NCBI GenBank assembly: GCA_041687435.1 | Contig: JAWLBX010000011.1 | Coordinates: forward strand, 52,918-116,917 | Reading direction: 5' to 3' | Source of the DNA: Alphaproteobacteria bacterium | GTDB taxonomy: Bacteria > Pseudomonadota > Alphaproteobacteria > Bin95 | DNA length: 64,000 nt | In this document: positions 29,235-39,247 of the stretch, piece after piece | How the letters are laid out: the number at the start of each line of letters is the position of its first letter | Position numbering within the stretch: the stretch's first letter is position 1 | Notes under the pieces: model-generated | Told to the model about the DNA's origin: nothing | Database searches by the model: none | Seen by the model: only the letters and a program-made list of their open reading frames with translations | Translations under genes and position numbers: made by a program

Positions 29235-31280
29235 TCAACCGCCGACCGTGATATCCAGCCACAAGTACGGGGTCACGCCCGCACGGTCGCCCTGGCGTAG
29301 CACCAGCGTGGTGGTCGCGCTTTCGATCACCGCCGGGCCATCTATTTTCTGGCCAGGGGCAAGCTCATCCCAGGCATAAACCGGGGTTTCATGCCAGCCG
29401 TCCATATAGACCGGCCGGTGCGAGGCCGGGCCGGAGGCCTCGCGGTCTGCGCCAGCCAGCGGCTCCTGGGGCAGGGCGGGAAGCTGGCCGATGGCGGCGA
29501 CCCGGGCGTTGACCAGAACCGGCTCCTGATCGCGCAGCGCATAGGTGTAGAGCGCCTCGTGGCGCACGTGGAAACGCTCCGCAATCTGCGCCAGCATGCC
29601 GTTCGCATGCCAGTCCAGATCGTCCAGCGGCACGTCGATCTCGAAAATCTGCTCGCCATAGCGCATGTCGGTGGCGAAGCGGTGGGTCACGGGGCCGTCG
29701 AACACGGCCTGCAAACGCCGGGTCGCATCGTCCCTCAGCGCGTCGAAGGTGGCGCGCACGGCTTGCGCATCCAGCGCGCCGGTGTCGCCGATATGGGTGC
29801 GGCTGGCCTCGAACCGCAGGTCGGTCGCCAGCATGCCCCAGGCGGAGAGGACGCTGGCAACGCGGGGCGCGATGGCGCGGGTGACGCCCAGCTGGCGCGC
29901 CACCTCCGTCACGTGCAGGCCGGCCGCGCCGCCGAAGGAGAGCAGGGCAAACTGGCGCGGGTCGATGCCGCGGCGCACCGAGACGAGCCGCACACCCTCC
30001 GCCATCTGGGTGTTGATGACCCGGTGCACGCCTTCCGCCGCCTGCTCCCGCCCAACGCCCAGGCTGGCGGCGAGCTTGTCGAGCGCGGCCTCCGCCGCTG
30101 CCGCATCCAGCGTGGCGGTGCCGCCCAGAAAGTTGGCAGGGTCGAAAAAGCCCAGCACGGCGCTGGCGTCCGTCACCGTCGCCTGGGTGCCGCCGCGGCC
30201 ATAACAGGCGGGGCCAGGGTCAGCCCCGGCGCTCTCCGGCCCGACCTTCAGCAGGCCGCCCGCATCGACGCTGGCGAGCGAGCCGCCGCCGGCGCCGATG
30301 CTGGCAATATCCAGCGCTTGCAGCGCGATCCGCTGGCCGGCAATGCCGCGGTCGGCGGACAGCGTCGCCTCGCCGCCCGCGATCAGGGAAATGTCGGTCG
30401 AGGTGCCGCCCATGTCGAACGGGATCAGGTTCGGCGCCTGCATCAGCCGCGCCGCATAGCGAGCACCCGCCACACCGCCGGCCGGGCCAGACAGCACGGT
30501 GGCGGCGGCCAGCCGGATCGCCTCCGCAATCGGCGCGACGCCGCCATGGGAGAGGATAATGAGCACCGGCCCCAGATAGCCCGCCTCCGTCAACCGCTGC
30601 TCCAGGCGGGACAGATAACGGTCCAGCGCTGGGCCGACATAGGCGTTCACCGCGGTGGTCGAGACGCGCTCGTATTCCTTGATTTGCGGAAACACATCCG
30701 ACGACAGGCAGACATAGGCCTCCGGCATGGCGGCGCGCACCATTTCCGCCGTCGCCTGCTCATGGCTGGCATCCTTGTAGGCGTGCAGGTAGCAGATGGC
30801 GATGGAGTTGCAGCCCCTGGCCTTCAGCACATCGATTGCAGCTGCCGCAGACGCGGGGTCGAGTGGGATTTCGACCGTGCCATCCGGCCGGATGCGCTCG
30901 CGCACGCCCAGGCGGCGGTCGCGCGGGATCAGCGGTTCGGCCCTGGGCATGCGCATGTTGTAGCGGTCGGGCTTCAGCCCCTCCCGCATTTCCAGGATGT
31001 CGCGATGACCCTCGGTCGTCAGCAGGCCGACGGTGGCCCCCTTGCGTTCCAGCAGGGCGTTGGTGGCAACCGTGGTGCCGTGGACGATGCGCTGGGTCTG
31101 CGTCAGCAGGGCGGCAAGCCCCATGCCGAGCGCATCCGCCAGCCGGGTCAGCCCATCCATGACGCCGACCGACTGGTCCGCCGGGGTGGAGGGGGACTTG
31201 GCGAAGGTTACGCCGCCGTCGTCATCGACCGCCACCAGATCGGTAAAGGTGCCGCCAACGTCGATGCCAATGCGATACAT
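29235..31280 (-). CDS. hydantoinase/oxoprolinase-family protein (HyuA-like, A subunit type)
   Basis: Internal ATG start (MYRIGIDVGGTFTDLV). About 680 aa with the N-terminal ASKHA-type motif and the conserved hydantoinase_A core. Confidence 0.85.
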   Translation of the reverse strand: MYRIGIDVGGTFTDLVAVDDDGGVTFAKSPSTPADQSVGVMDGLTRLADALGMGLAALLTQTQRIVHGTTVATNALLERKGATVGLLTTEGHRDILEMREGLKPDRYNMRMPRAEPLIPRDRRLGVRERIRPDGTVEIPLDPASAAAAIDVLKARGCNSIAICYLHAYKDASHEQATAEMVRAAMPEAYVCLSSDVFPQIKEYERVSTTAVNAYVGPALDRYLSRLEQRLTEAGYLGPVLIILSHGGVAPIAEAIRLAAATVLSGPAGGVAGARYAARLMQAPNLIPFDMGGTSTDISLIAGGEATLSADRGIAGQRIALQALDIASIGAGGGSLASVDAGGLLKVGPESAGADPGPACYGRGGTQATVTDASAVLGFFDPANFLGGTATLDAAAAEAALDKLAASLGVGREQAAEGVHRVINTQMAEGVRLVSVRRGIDPRQFALLSFGGAAGLHVTEVARQLGVTRAIAPRVASVLSAWGMLATDLRFEASRTHIGDTGALDAQAVRATFDALRDDATRRLQAVFDGPVTHRFATDMRYGEQIFEIDVPLDDLDWHANGMLAQIAERFHVRHEALYTYALRDQEPVLVNARVAAIGQLPALPQEPLAGADREASGPASHRPVYMDGWHETPVYAWDELAPGQKIDGPAVIESATTTLVLRQGDRAGVTPYLWLDITVGG

Positions 31281-31296
31281 TCGGGCTTGTCTCCGC

Positions 31297-32034
31297 CTAG
31301 TCGTATTCGAGAACGTCTTTGCCGTACCGCGCCAGATAGACCGGCACGGCATGCCCGGATGGCAGGTTCCACGGGTCGCCTTCCGCCAGCAGGCGGTGGA
31401 CTTCGTTCAGGGCGATGCTGGTCGGCGCCGGCGTGTTCGGCATGGCGAGCGCTTCGGCGATCGGGATCCATTGCAGGTCCACCAGTTCGCCGGAGCCGCC
31501 AAGCTCGCCATGCGTGTTGCGGCGGTCGACGATAAAGAACCGGGCGTTGAACCGGCGCACATTGTTCGGCGGCGTCACCGCGCGGGCGACGTAGTCCAGG
31601 CAGTCAAGCCGGGGCGCCAAGCCGGTAGCAAATACCTCCCGCCAGTCCGCGGGCAGGGCCTCCGGATCGTAATCGCCGTTGTGCGGCGCGCCGACCATCA
31701 GGCCGGTTTCCTCGAACGTCTCGCGAATGGCGGTGCAAGCCAGCGCGCGGGCCCGGCGCCGCGAGGCAGTACGGAGCAGCCGCTCCGCCACCGGCTCGCG
31801 CAGGGGGCTCGCCACCGGAATCCCCACGTCCTCGTTATCCAGCCGGCCACCCGGAAAGACGAACGTATTCGGCATGAACACATGCCTGCCGGAGCGGTGG
31901 CCCATCAGAATGCGCGGCTCGCGCGCGGCCGCGGCGTCGCTGGAGCGGTCGACGACGATCAGGGTTGCGGCGTCGCGGATCGCAAGCCTGCGCTTTTGCG
32001 CGGGCGCTTCAACGGGTGGGGTGGGGGCATTCAT
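31297..32034 (-). CDS. NUDIX hydrolase
   Basis: The Nudix box GGRLDNEDVGIPVA...REtFEETG (GX5EX7REUXEEXGU-like) is present. The internal ATG at 32034 is preferred over the start at 32070. Confidence 0.7.
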   Translation of the reverse strand: MNAPTPPVEAPAQKRRLAIRDAATLIVVDRSSDAAAAREPRILMGHRSGRHVFMPNTFVFPGGRLDNEDVGIPVASPLREPVAERLLRTASRRRARALACTAIRETFEETGLMVGAPHNGDYDPEALPADWREVFATGLAPRLDCLDYVARAVTPPNNVRRFNARFFIVDRRNTHGELGGSGELVDLQWIPIAEALAMPNTPAPTSIALNEVHRLLAEGDPWNLPSGHAVPVYLARYGKDVLEYD

Positions 32035-32038
32035 CGGG

Positions 32039-32362
32039 TCATTTCTCTCCGCCAACCGAGACATAGTCATAGGTGCCTTCGCCCTGCACGATCATGAACT
32101 TGGCCGGCCTGTGATCCACGCCGGAAACATAATGTGCGACCTTGGGCGGCACGGCGCAGGTTTCGCCCGGCTGCAGGATATATTCCGCCCTGGGCGCCCG
32201 GGTTTCGACCCGCAGCGGCCCTTGCATACAGAAAAAGGTATCCGTGATTTCCGAGTGGTAGTGCCACGGCACGCATTGCCCTTCCGCCAGGGTCAGCATG
32301 CGCACACGCAGGCCTGGAACCTGCGCGACAGTCTCGCGGGCTTCGATTTCGTAGCTGCTCAT
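32039..32362 (-). CDS. cupin-domain protein
   Basis: Internal ATG start (MSSYEIEAR). About 107 aa with cupin motifs (PWHYHSE...G.....PG....P....H). Confidence 0.6.
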   Translation of the reverse strand: MSSYEIEARETVAQVPGLRVRMLTLAEGQCVPWHYHSEITDTFFCMQGPLRVETRAPRAEYILQPGETCAVPPKVAHYVSGVDHRPAKFMIVQGEGTYDYVSVGGEK

Positions 32363-32398
32363 TGGGTTTTCTCCCCGGGGTTGGACTGCCGGCATTTT

Positions 32399-33205
32399 TC
32401 AGGTACCGACCTTCAGCGTCTGGGTCAGGCTGCGCAGGCAGGCGATGACGCTAAGGGCCGTGATCTTGCCGGTTTTCGGGTTCTCCTCCGTTGGGATGGT
32501 GGCGATATCCAGCGAGAAACGGGCGCTGTCCGATTCCACCTCTATATGATGCGTGTTTCGGTCGACGGCCGGATCGGCCCAGATTTGCAGTGTCGTGCGG
32601 TCCGGGCCTATGCCCGCCAGCGACAGGGCGGCAGCGACGTTGACGTTGGCGGGAAAGCCGATGGCGCCCTCGCGCGCCGTACCGTCGAACACCTTTTTCG
32701 GCCGGGTCAAGCCCTCGACCGAGATGTTGTGCTCGACCAGATACGGCGCTCCGGCCAGGCCGCCCGGCGGCTTGCGGGTGATCATCTTGACGGAATGGAT
32801 CGTGCCCTCCGCCGCCGCGCGCACCGCGTCCAGGCCCAGCAATGCGCCGGTGGGTACGATGATGCGGGCGCCGGTCTGTTCCGCCCGCTCCACCAAATGC
32901 ATTCGCGGCAACAGCGCGCCGACACTGGTCGGGATGAACAGCCGGCCGGCCTCGATTGCAGGCATCGCCACCTCCTCGAACACTTCGGCAGGCGCGGCTT
33001 CCAGCACGACGTCACACCGGGCAAGCTCGCCAAGACCCACCACCGGCACGGGCTGGCGGAAACCCGCCATGCGCTCCGCCGCGCGCGCCCGGTTGTGGGC
33101 GGAGACAAGGCCAAGAGACAGGCCGGGGATGCCGCCCTCGTCCAACAGCCGTGCAACCTGGCGGCCAATCGTTCCGAAACTGCCAATACCGACGGTCAGG
33201 CTCAT
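32399..33205 (-). CDS. L-aspartate dehydrogenase-like (NadX/DUF108 family)
   Basis: Internal ATG start (MSLTVGIGSFGTIGRQVA, a Rossmann GxGxxG motif). The C-terminal HHIEVESDSARFSL... matches the aspartate dehydrogenase family. Confidence 0.7.
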   Translation of the reverse strand: MSLTVGIGSFGTIGRQVARLLDEGGIPGLSLGLVSAHNRARAAERMAGFRQPVPVVGLGELARCDVVLEAAPAEVFEEVAMPAIEAGRLFIPTSVGALLPRMHLVERAEQTGARIIVPTGALLGLDAVRAAAEGTIHSVKMITRKPPGGLAGAPYLVEHNISVEGLTRPKKVFDGTAREGAIGFPANVNVAAALSLAGIGPDRTTLQIWADPAVDRNTHHIEVESDSARFSLDIATIPTEENPKTGKITALSVIACLRSLTQTLKVGT

Positions 33206-33228
33206 GGGATTACCCTTGATTCTCCGGT

Positions 33229-34017
33229 TCACCTGTCGAGAAATTCCCTGAGGCGGGCGTTGTAGGCGGCCGGCTGTTCCAGATAGGCCGCATGGGCCGC
33301 CTGGCCGATGATCTCGCGCCGGGCGCCCGGGATGATGGCGGTCAGCGCCGCCGTCTCTGCTTCCGGCGCGATCCGGTCCTCGGCACCGGCCAGAACGAGC
33401 ACGGGCAGGCGCAGCGCTTTCAACTCTTTCTCGTTGTTGCAGACCGACAGCAGATGCACCGCGGCGGCATAGCCACTGGCGCGGATTTCGCTGGCCACGC
33501 TGGCAACCGCCGTCTTTGCCGCAATGCTTGCATCGGCGGAACACATGGATTTAACGCGGGTTGCGCCGAACTCCTCCGGCGTCATTGAGGCATGCTCCCT
33601 CAGCCGCTGGTCATAGCCGCCCGAATTCGCAAAGGCGATGCGGGTGGCGGACAGAACCAGCCTGCGCACGCGGCCCGGATGGCGGGCAACGACTTGCGGG
33701 GCGATGGCGCCGCCCATCGAATGGCCGACGATGTCGCATTCGCCGGTCACGCCGATGGCGTCCAGCATCGCGGCGAGCGCATCGGCATATTGGGCCGGGG
33801 TCGGGATTTTGGAGGGATAGTCGTCAGAACCGCCATAGCCCGGCGTATCCCAGGCAATCACCCGGCGCCGGTCGCTCAGGCTCGACAACTGCTCCGCCCA
33901 GGAGCGGGCGCCGCCGCCAAGGCCGTGCAGGCAGACCAGGGCCGGGCCCTCGCCGGCCTCGCGGTAGGCGATGCGGCCGGTTGGCGTATCGACGGTTTTC
34001 ATTTCAGGCTCGGCCAT
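33229..34017 (-). CDS. alpha/beta-fold hydrolase
   Basis: ATG verified. LVCLHGLGGGARSW and a GHSMGG nucleophile elbow are present. Confidence 0.75.
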   Translation of the reverse strand: MAEPEMKTVDTPTGRIAYREAGEGPALVCLHGLGGGARSWAEQLSSLSDRRRVIAWDTPGYGGSDDYPSKIPTPAQYADALAAMLDAIGVTGECDIVGHSMGGAIAPQVVARHPGRVRRLVLSATRIAFANSGGYDQRLREHASMTPEEFGATRVKSMCSADASIAAKTAVASVASEIRASGYAAAVHLLSVCNNEKELKALRLPVLVLAGAEDRIAPEAETAALTAIIPGARREIIGQAAHAAYLEQPAAYNARLREFLDR

Positions 34018-34918
34018 GGCTCACTCTCGCTTTTTCCTGCGCCCGCTTCTCCCGCATCCGCAACCGGGTTTCGCGCCACAGGATGTAAAGGCCGCTGGCG
34101 GCAACCACCGCCGCCCCCAGCAGCTTGGTCTCCGACGGGATATCCCCCCAAACTGCATAGCCGATCAGGCCCGCCCAGACCAGCGACAGATACCGGTAAG
34201 GGGCGATGGCGGAGCCGGTAGCAAGCTGGAAGGCCATCACGATCAGCCACATGGCAATCACCACCATGACGGCGGAAATCGCCAGCAACACCCAGCTTTC
34301 CAGGGTTGGCATGGTCAGCCCGAAAAACGGCAGCGTCAGCGCGCCGCCAGCGGCATTGGCCAGCATGTTCCAGAACAGCGTGGTCGTCGGCGGATCGATG
34401 CCGCCCAACTGGCGCGAAGCGATGTCGCGCAAGGCAGCGGTCAGCGCCGCCGCCAACGGTAGCGCGATCACCCAGGTCAGCGGCGCCTGCCCCGGCTCGG
34501 TAATCAGCAACACGCCGCCAAACCCGACGACAACGGCCGCCCAGCGCCGCCAGCCCACCGGCTCGCGCAGCATCACGGCCGACAGTGCCGTGATGATCAG
34601 CGGACTGACAAAAATCACCGCCAGTGCTTCGGCCAGGGGTAGGTAGACGAACGACAGGGTCACAAAGAAACTGCAAATGACGGCAATCAGCGACCGATAG
34701 GCGGTCAGCACCGGCTTGCGGGAACGCAGGCGGAACACCGAATGGCCAAGTGCCGAATGCATGATCATCACCACCGGCACCGCCAGCAGCCCGCGGAAAA
34801 ACATGACCTCCCCGGCATGATGGCTTTCCACCAACCATTTGGTGATACCATCCTGGGAGGTGAGAACCACCGTCGAAAGCACGATATAGAAAATGCCGCG
34901 CGGAATGTCTTGTTGCAT
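34004..34918 (-). CDS. EamA/DMT-family transporter
   Basis: Internal ATG start (MQQDIPRGIFYIVL). About 10 transmembrane helices in two EamA repeats. The start coordinate may be off by 1 nt. Confidence 0.7.
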   Translation of the reverse strand: MQQDIPRGIFYIVLSTVVLTSQDGITKWLVESHHAGEVMFFRGLLAVPVVMIMHSALGHSVFRLRSRKPVLTAYRSLIAVICSFFVTLSFVYLPLAEALAVIFVSPLIITALSAVMLREPVGWRRWAAVVVGFGGVLLITEPGQAPLTWVIALPLAAALTAALRDIASRQLGGIDPPTTTLFWNMLANAAGGALTLPFFGLTMPTLESWVLLAISAVMVVIAMWLIVMAFQLATGSAIAPYRYLSLVWAGLIGYAVWGDIPSETKLLGAAVVAASGLYILWRETRLRMREKRAQEKARVSHGRA

Positions 34919-35052
34919 AAGGGTTCGGCAATTCGCAAACGGGATGCACGAAGGCGCCAGTCCACCGTAGGCAGGCCCCGCGGGGCGGGCAAGGCCGTTG
35001 ATCCCTGCCGCGTGGCGCCGCATCTGAACAGGATCAAACAGGAAGGCTAGCG

Positions 35053-35838
35053 ATGACCGACGCGCCGAAAGACCGCCAACAGCCCGTTGCCCTGCTTCAA
35101 AGCGTCGATGACGACGTGCGGCGGCGCGTGCGCGGCATGGTGCGAACCACACGGTTCGCGGCCCTGGCCTGCCTGGAGCCGGAAACGGGAGCGCCGCTTG
35201 CCAGCCGCATTGGCCTCGCGACCGACGTAACCGGCGCGCCGGTGTTCCTGACCTCCGCCCTGACGGCGCACACTGGCGCATTGCAGGCAGACCCGCGCTG
35301 CTCGCTGCTGGTGGGGGAGCCGGGCAAGGGCGACCCGCTGGCCCACCCGCGCGCCTCTCTGGTTGGGCGGGCGGAACGGGTGTCGCCGGGGCCGGATCGG
35401 GACCGGGTGCGCTGGCGCTATCTCGCACGCCACCCAAAGGCGGAACTCTATGCCGATTTCGGTGATTTTTCGTTCTGGCGGGTGCGGATCGAGCGGGCAA
35501 GCTTCAATGGCGGCTTCGGCAAGGCGTATCAGATGCAGGCGGCGGACTTGGTGCAACCTGCGGATAGGTTGGCTGAGACATTCGCGGCGGCCCAGGCGGA
35601 TGTCTGCGGCCACATGAATGCCGATCACGCCGACGCCGTTGCGCTTTACGCAACGGCACTGTGCGGTGCAGAAGCAGGCGATTGGCGCCTGGCGGGGATC
35701 GACCCGGAAGGGCTGGACCTGGTGGCTGGCGACCTCGCGGAGCGGCTCTGGTTCGACGCGCCGATTGCGGACCCGGCGGCCATCCGGCCGGTGCTGGTCG
35801 CGCTGGCGCGGCAGGCGCGGGCGGCGGCGGCAGGCTGA
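35053..35838 (+). CDS. HugZ-like protein (pyridoxamine 5'-phosphate oxidase-related split barrel plus DUF2470)
   Basis: ATG verified. N-terminal FMN-binding split-barrel-like region (ARFAALACLEPETGAPLASRIGLATD). The C-terminal DUF2470-like segment (HMNADHADAVALYA) is as in heme-utilisation HugZ/HutZ relatives. Confidence 0.6.
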   Translation: MTDAPKDRQQPVALLQSVDDDVRRRVRGMVRTTRFAALACLEPETGAPLASRIGLATDVTGAPVFLTSALTAHTGALQADPRCSLLVGEPGKGDPLAHPRASLVGRAERVSPGPDRDRVRWRYLARHPKAELYADFGDFSFWRVRIERASFNGGFGKAYQMQAADLVQPADRLAETFAAAQADVCGHMNADHADAVALYATALCGAEAGDWRLAGIDPEGLDLVAGDLAERLWFDAPIADPAAIRPVLVALARQARAAAAG

Positions 35839-35929
35839 GAGTTGAGCCCGAAAACCTTGACATTCCCGCCGCCGCCTGACGGTGTGCGGGCCAGACTTTC
35901 AACCGGCATCTCAAAGGAGCCCGACCGCC

Positions 35930-36916
35930 ATGTTCCGCGCCATCTATCTGGAGCAAAACGAGGACAAATCTGTTCGCCAATCCATCCAGTCCCTAGACGA
36001 AAGCGTGCTGCCGGAAGGCGATGTGCGGGTGGCGGTGGATTATTCCACCATCAACTACAAGGACGGGCTGGCAATCACCGGCGCCGCACCGGTGGTGCGG
36101 AAATATCCGATGGTCCCCGGGATCGACCTAGCCGGGACCGTGGCCGAATCCTCAAACCCCGAATTTCAGGTCGGCGACGCGGTCGTCCTGAACGGCTGGG
36201 GCGTGGGCGAGGGCCATTGGGGCGGGCTGGCCCAGCAGGCACGGCTGAAGGGCGACTGGCTGATCAAGCGGCCGTCCGCGTTTAGCGCCCGTCAGGCCAT
36301 GGCCATCGGCACAGCAGGCTATACGGCGGCGCTCTGCGTGCAGGCGCTGGCCAAGGCCGGCATTACGCCGGACAGGGGCGACGTGCTGGTGACGGGTGCC
36401 GCCGGCGGAGTCGGCAGTGTCGCCATCGCGCTGCTGGCCAAACGCGGCTATCGCGTCATTGCCTCCACAGGGCGGGCAAGCGAGGAAGCCTATCTGAAAG
36501 ACCTGGGCGCAGCGGAAATCATCGACCGCAACGAACTGTCGGAAAAGGGCCGCCCGGTCGGCAAGGAACGCTGGGCCGGCGCGGTGGATGCGGTCGGCAG
36601 CCACACGCTAGCCAACGTGCTGGCGCAAACCAAATACGGCGGCGCCGTCGCGGCCTGCGGGCTGGCGCAGGGCGGCGACCTGCCGGCCTCTGTCTATCCG
36701 TTTATCCTGCGTAGCGTGTCGCTGTTGGGTGTGGACTCGGTGATGGCACCGCGCCCGGTCCGAGAGGCCGCCTGGGCGCTGCTGGCGGCGGATCTGGATA
36801 CGGCCAAGCTGGACGCAATGACCCGTGAGGTCTCCCTGGAGGAAGCCCCCAACGTTGCCGCGGACATTCTGAAAGGCCAAGTGCGCGGGCGGGTCGTGGT
36901 CGACGTCAACGCCTAA
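35930..36916 (+). CDS. YhdH/AcuI-type MDR-family NADPH:quinone/acrylyl-CoA reductase
   Basis: ATG with an [23 protein letters not shown]...[13 protein letters not shown] matches YhdH/AcuI. The Rossmann [12 protein letters not shown] motif is present. Confidence 0.8.
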   Translation: MFRAIYLEQNEDKSVRQSIQSLDESVLPEGDVRVAVDYSTINYKDGLAITGAAPVVRKYPMVPGIDLAGTVAESSNPEFQVGDAVVLNGWGVGEGHWGGLAQQARLKGDWLIKRPSAFSARQAMAIGTAGYTAALCVQALAKAGITPDRGDVLVTGAAGGVGSVAIALLAKRGYRVIASTGRASEEAYLKDLGAAEIIDRNELSEKGRPVGKERWAGAVDAVGSHTLANVLAQTKYGGAVAACGLAQGGDLPASVYPFILRSVSLLGVDSVMAPRPVREAAWALLAADLDTAKLDAMTREVSLEEAPNVAADILKGQVRGRVVVDVNA

Positions 36917-37012
36917 TCTTCCGCTGCCGGATATGGACCGGCCGGTGCGCCAGAGCAAACGGGGTGCCACCTTTCCCCCGGTGGCATCCCGTTTGTACCG
37001 GCGCCCGGTTAT

Positions 37013-37249
37013 TCAGCTATTGGGATGCGCCGATGGCTGGCGCTTCATCAATTCCTTCAGCACATACACGCGAAGCGCACTGGACAAATTGCTTTGACGG
37101 CCCTTGTCCACTTCGGCCACCACATTGGCGATGGAAATATTGCGTTCAGCGGCAATGCCCTTGAGCAGATCCCAAAACGGGTCTTCCAGGGAAACACTGG
37201 TGCGATGGCCCGCAATGGTAACGGACCTGCGGCGGAGTTGTTCGCTCAT
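37013..37249 (-). CDS. ribbon-helix-helix domain protein (orphan)
   Basis: 78 aa from the internal ATG (MSEQLRRRSVTIAGHRTSVSLEDPFWDLLKGIAAERNISIANVV). An RHH beta-strand-helix-helix pattern is visible. No partner toxin gene is adjacent. Confidence 0.55.
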   Translation of the reverse strand: MSEQLRRRSVTIAGHRTSVSLEDPFWDLLKGIAAERNISIANVVAEVDKGRQSNLSSALRVYVLKELMKRQPSAHPNS

Positions 37250-37909
37250 CTTGCCTCCTACAACGAATGCTGGGCTCGTCCCCGGCATTTCTGTTTTGTA
37301 CGGCGCCGGTGCGTAACACGGCATCGCACGCTCTGACCCAATCCATCCGAAACCTTCGGCGGCGACTTTGACGCCCATTGCGAAGCCCCGGACGGCAAAC
37401 ATGCGGGAATATCTCCCGCCCTTACAAATGTATGCCCATTAGCCAAGCATTCATTGAAAGTTCAAAATACCCTGCATATCAGAGGACCGGTTTGATCCCA
37501 ATCAATCCTCCGCCGAACCTTGCGGCGCAGCACTCGTTTTTGGAATCATATTGCGGATCGGAAAATGCCACGCAAGCATACCCAAGTATGGAATTTGGCG
37601 GGTGCGGTGCCACGCCTCCCACCCCTGTAGTCACCGGCAAATCCAGGCCGGATTACGCCGGTCCACAGGACTAACGGCGCGCAGAACTGCTTGAGAATAT
37701 TGGGGGATGGCCCGGCCTTGAATTTTTGGAATGTCGGTGGATTTTCTGGTGTCGGGCCAAAAGAATGCAAATTGCAATCGTTCTTGAATTTTGTTGAAAC
37801 CGCCCGTTACATCGTCTGCGTCACCACCGCGCGGCGCAGTACGATTTTTTCCTATTTTCCTGCGGCAAATTGCTCCACGGAGTTTTCCGCGCACGCAATA
37901 CGCGGATAT

Positions 37910-39247
37910 TCACCCTGGCGGCGGCGGATCAGGCAATGTTGCGGTCACGCCCACAGGCGTGCCAACCACCACCGTCAAAAGGGCGTCGGGATCGAGCAGG
38001 CGGCCGGAAACGCGGCGGACAGTCTGCATATCCACTGCTTCGATTACCGCCGCACGCTTCGACCAATAGTCCCGCGGCAAGCCGGTAATCTGCATATCGA
38101 CCAGAACCGCGGCAATCGCCCCGGTCGAATCCAGGCCAAGCGGAAAACTGCCGATCAAGTACGCCTTGGCATCGGCCAGTTCATCCGCCGTCGGCCCATT
38201 CTTCGCAAGACCCCGCCATTCCGCCGTGATCACATCCACAGTCTCGGCAACCGTTGCGCTGCGGGTGGCGGTCCGGCCCAGCAGAATCGCACCGGCCCGA
38301 TAAGGCGCGAGGCTGGCATTGATGCCATAGGCGAGACCGCGTTTCTCCCGCACCTCCGCCCCCAGCCGCGAGGTGAAGGTGCTACCGCCCAGAATCTGGG
38401 TGACGATCAGGGCCGGATACCAATCCGGATCCCGGCGCGGGATACCGGCATGGCCGAACACGATGACGCTCTGCGGGCTGGGATGCGGAACCACCGCCAG
38501 ACCGGCCGGCGGAGTTGGGGCCGGAGCCAGTTCCGGTGGCGGATCGGTATCCGGCAGACTGCCGAAGGCCTCGTCCAGCAGTACCCCAAGCTCTTCCGGC
38601 GCAATATCGCCGGCGACGCCGATGACGAGCCCCTTCCGCGTCAACGCCCGATCGAGAAAGCCGCGAACATCCTCAGCCTCGACCGCGGCCACGGTTTCCG
38701 GCGTCCCGCGCAGCGAGCGGCCATAGGGATGGCTGCCATATGCCAGACGGAACCAATTGCGGTAGGCGATAGCGTTCGGCTGCGTCAGGCTGCGCCGGCG
38801 TTCCGACGCCAGCCGCGCCTTCTGCTGCCGCAGCGCTGCCGCGTCGAGCCGGGGCGATGTCAGCGCTGCCCGCAGCAGCCGCACCGCCATGGCGCGATTC
38901 GCCGTCAGGGTGGTGAGACTGCCGTTGAAACTGTCACGCCCGGCGCCGAATGACAGGCCAATGGCCTCGTCCGCCAGAGCTTGCCGGAATGCCTCGCCAT
39001 CCCATTCGCCTGCACCCTCTGTCAGCATGCGCGCGGCCAGGGTCTCGGTCCCCGCTTTTTCCAGCGAGACAATGCCGGTCCCGCGGAAATGAAACTCGAT
39101 CGCCAGCAAAGGCACGGAGGAATCCTGCCGCAGCCAAGCGGTGATGCCGCCCGGGCTCACGACCTCGACGACGGCCTCCCCCTCTGCTCTCAGGCCAGCC
39201 GGAATCAACAGCAACAGCGAGACCGCCAGCAGCAAAAAGCGTTTCAA
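37910..39247 (-). CDS. M16-family peptidase, probably a non-catalytic subunit
   Basis: Signal peptide (MKRFLLLAVSLLLLIPAGLRA). M16 fold without the HxxEH motif. It overlaps the upstream M16 gene by 4 nt (ATGA). Confidence 0.8.
   Translation of the reverse strand: MKRFLLLAVSLLLLIPAGLRAEGEAVVEVVSPGGITAWLRQDSSVPLLAIEFHFRGTGIVSLEKAGTETLAARMLTEGAGEWDGEAFRQALADEAIGLSFGAGRDSFNGSLTTLTANRAMAVRLLRAALTSPRLDAAALRQQKARLASERRRSLTQPNAIAYRNWFRLAYGSHPYGRSLRGTPETVAAVEAEDVRGFLDRALTRKGLVIGVAGDIAPEELGVLLDEAFGSLPDTDPPPELAPAPTPPAGLAVVPHPSPQSVIVFGHAGIPRRDPDWYPALIVTQILGGSTFTSRLGAEVREKRGLAYGINASLAPYRAGAILLGRTATRSATVAETVDVITAEWRGLAKNGPTADELADAKAYLIGSFPLGLDSTGAIAAVLVDMQITGLPRDYWSKRAAVIEAVDMQTVRRVSGRLLDPDALLTVVVGTPVGVTATLPDPPPPG

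Noticed and set aside
29391-31535. 714-aa ORF on the + strand
   Set aside because: It is the mirror frame of the well-supported hydantoinase gene on the - strand, with no motifs and an arginine-rich composition.
37378-37674. 98-aa ORF in the long intergenic region
   Set aside because: Third-codon-position GC is near 50% against strong GC3 bias in neighbouring genes. There is no RBS, and the peptide is low complexity, so it is unlikely to be coding.
37691-38953. 420-aa ORF on the + strand
   Set aside because: It is antisense to the signal-peptide-bearing M16 peptidase gene. It begins in the noncoding region and shows no GC3 bias there.
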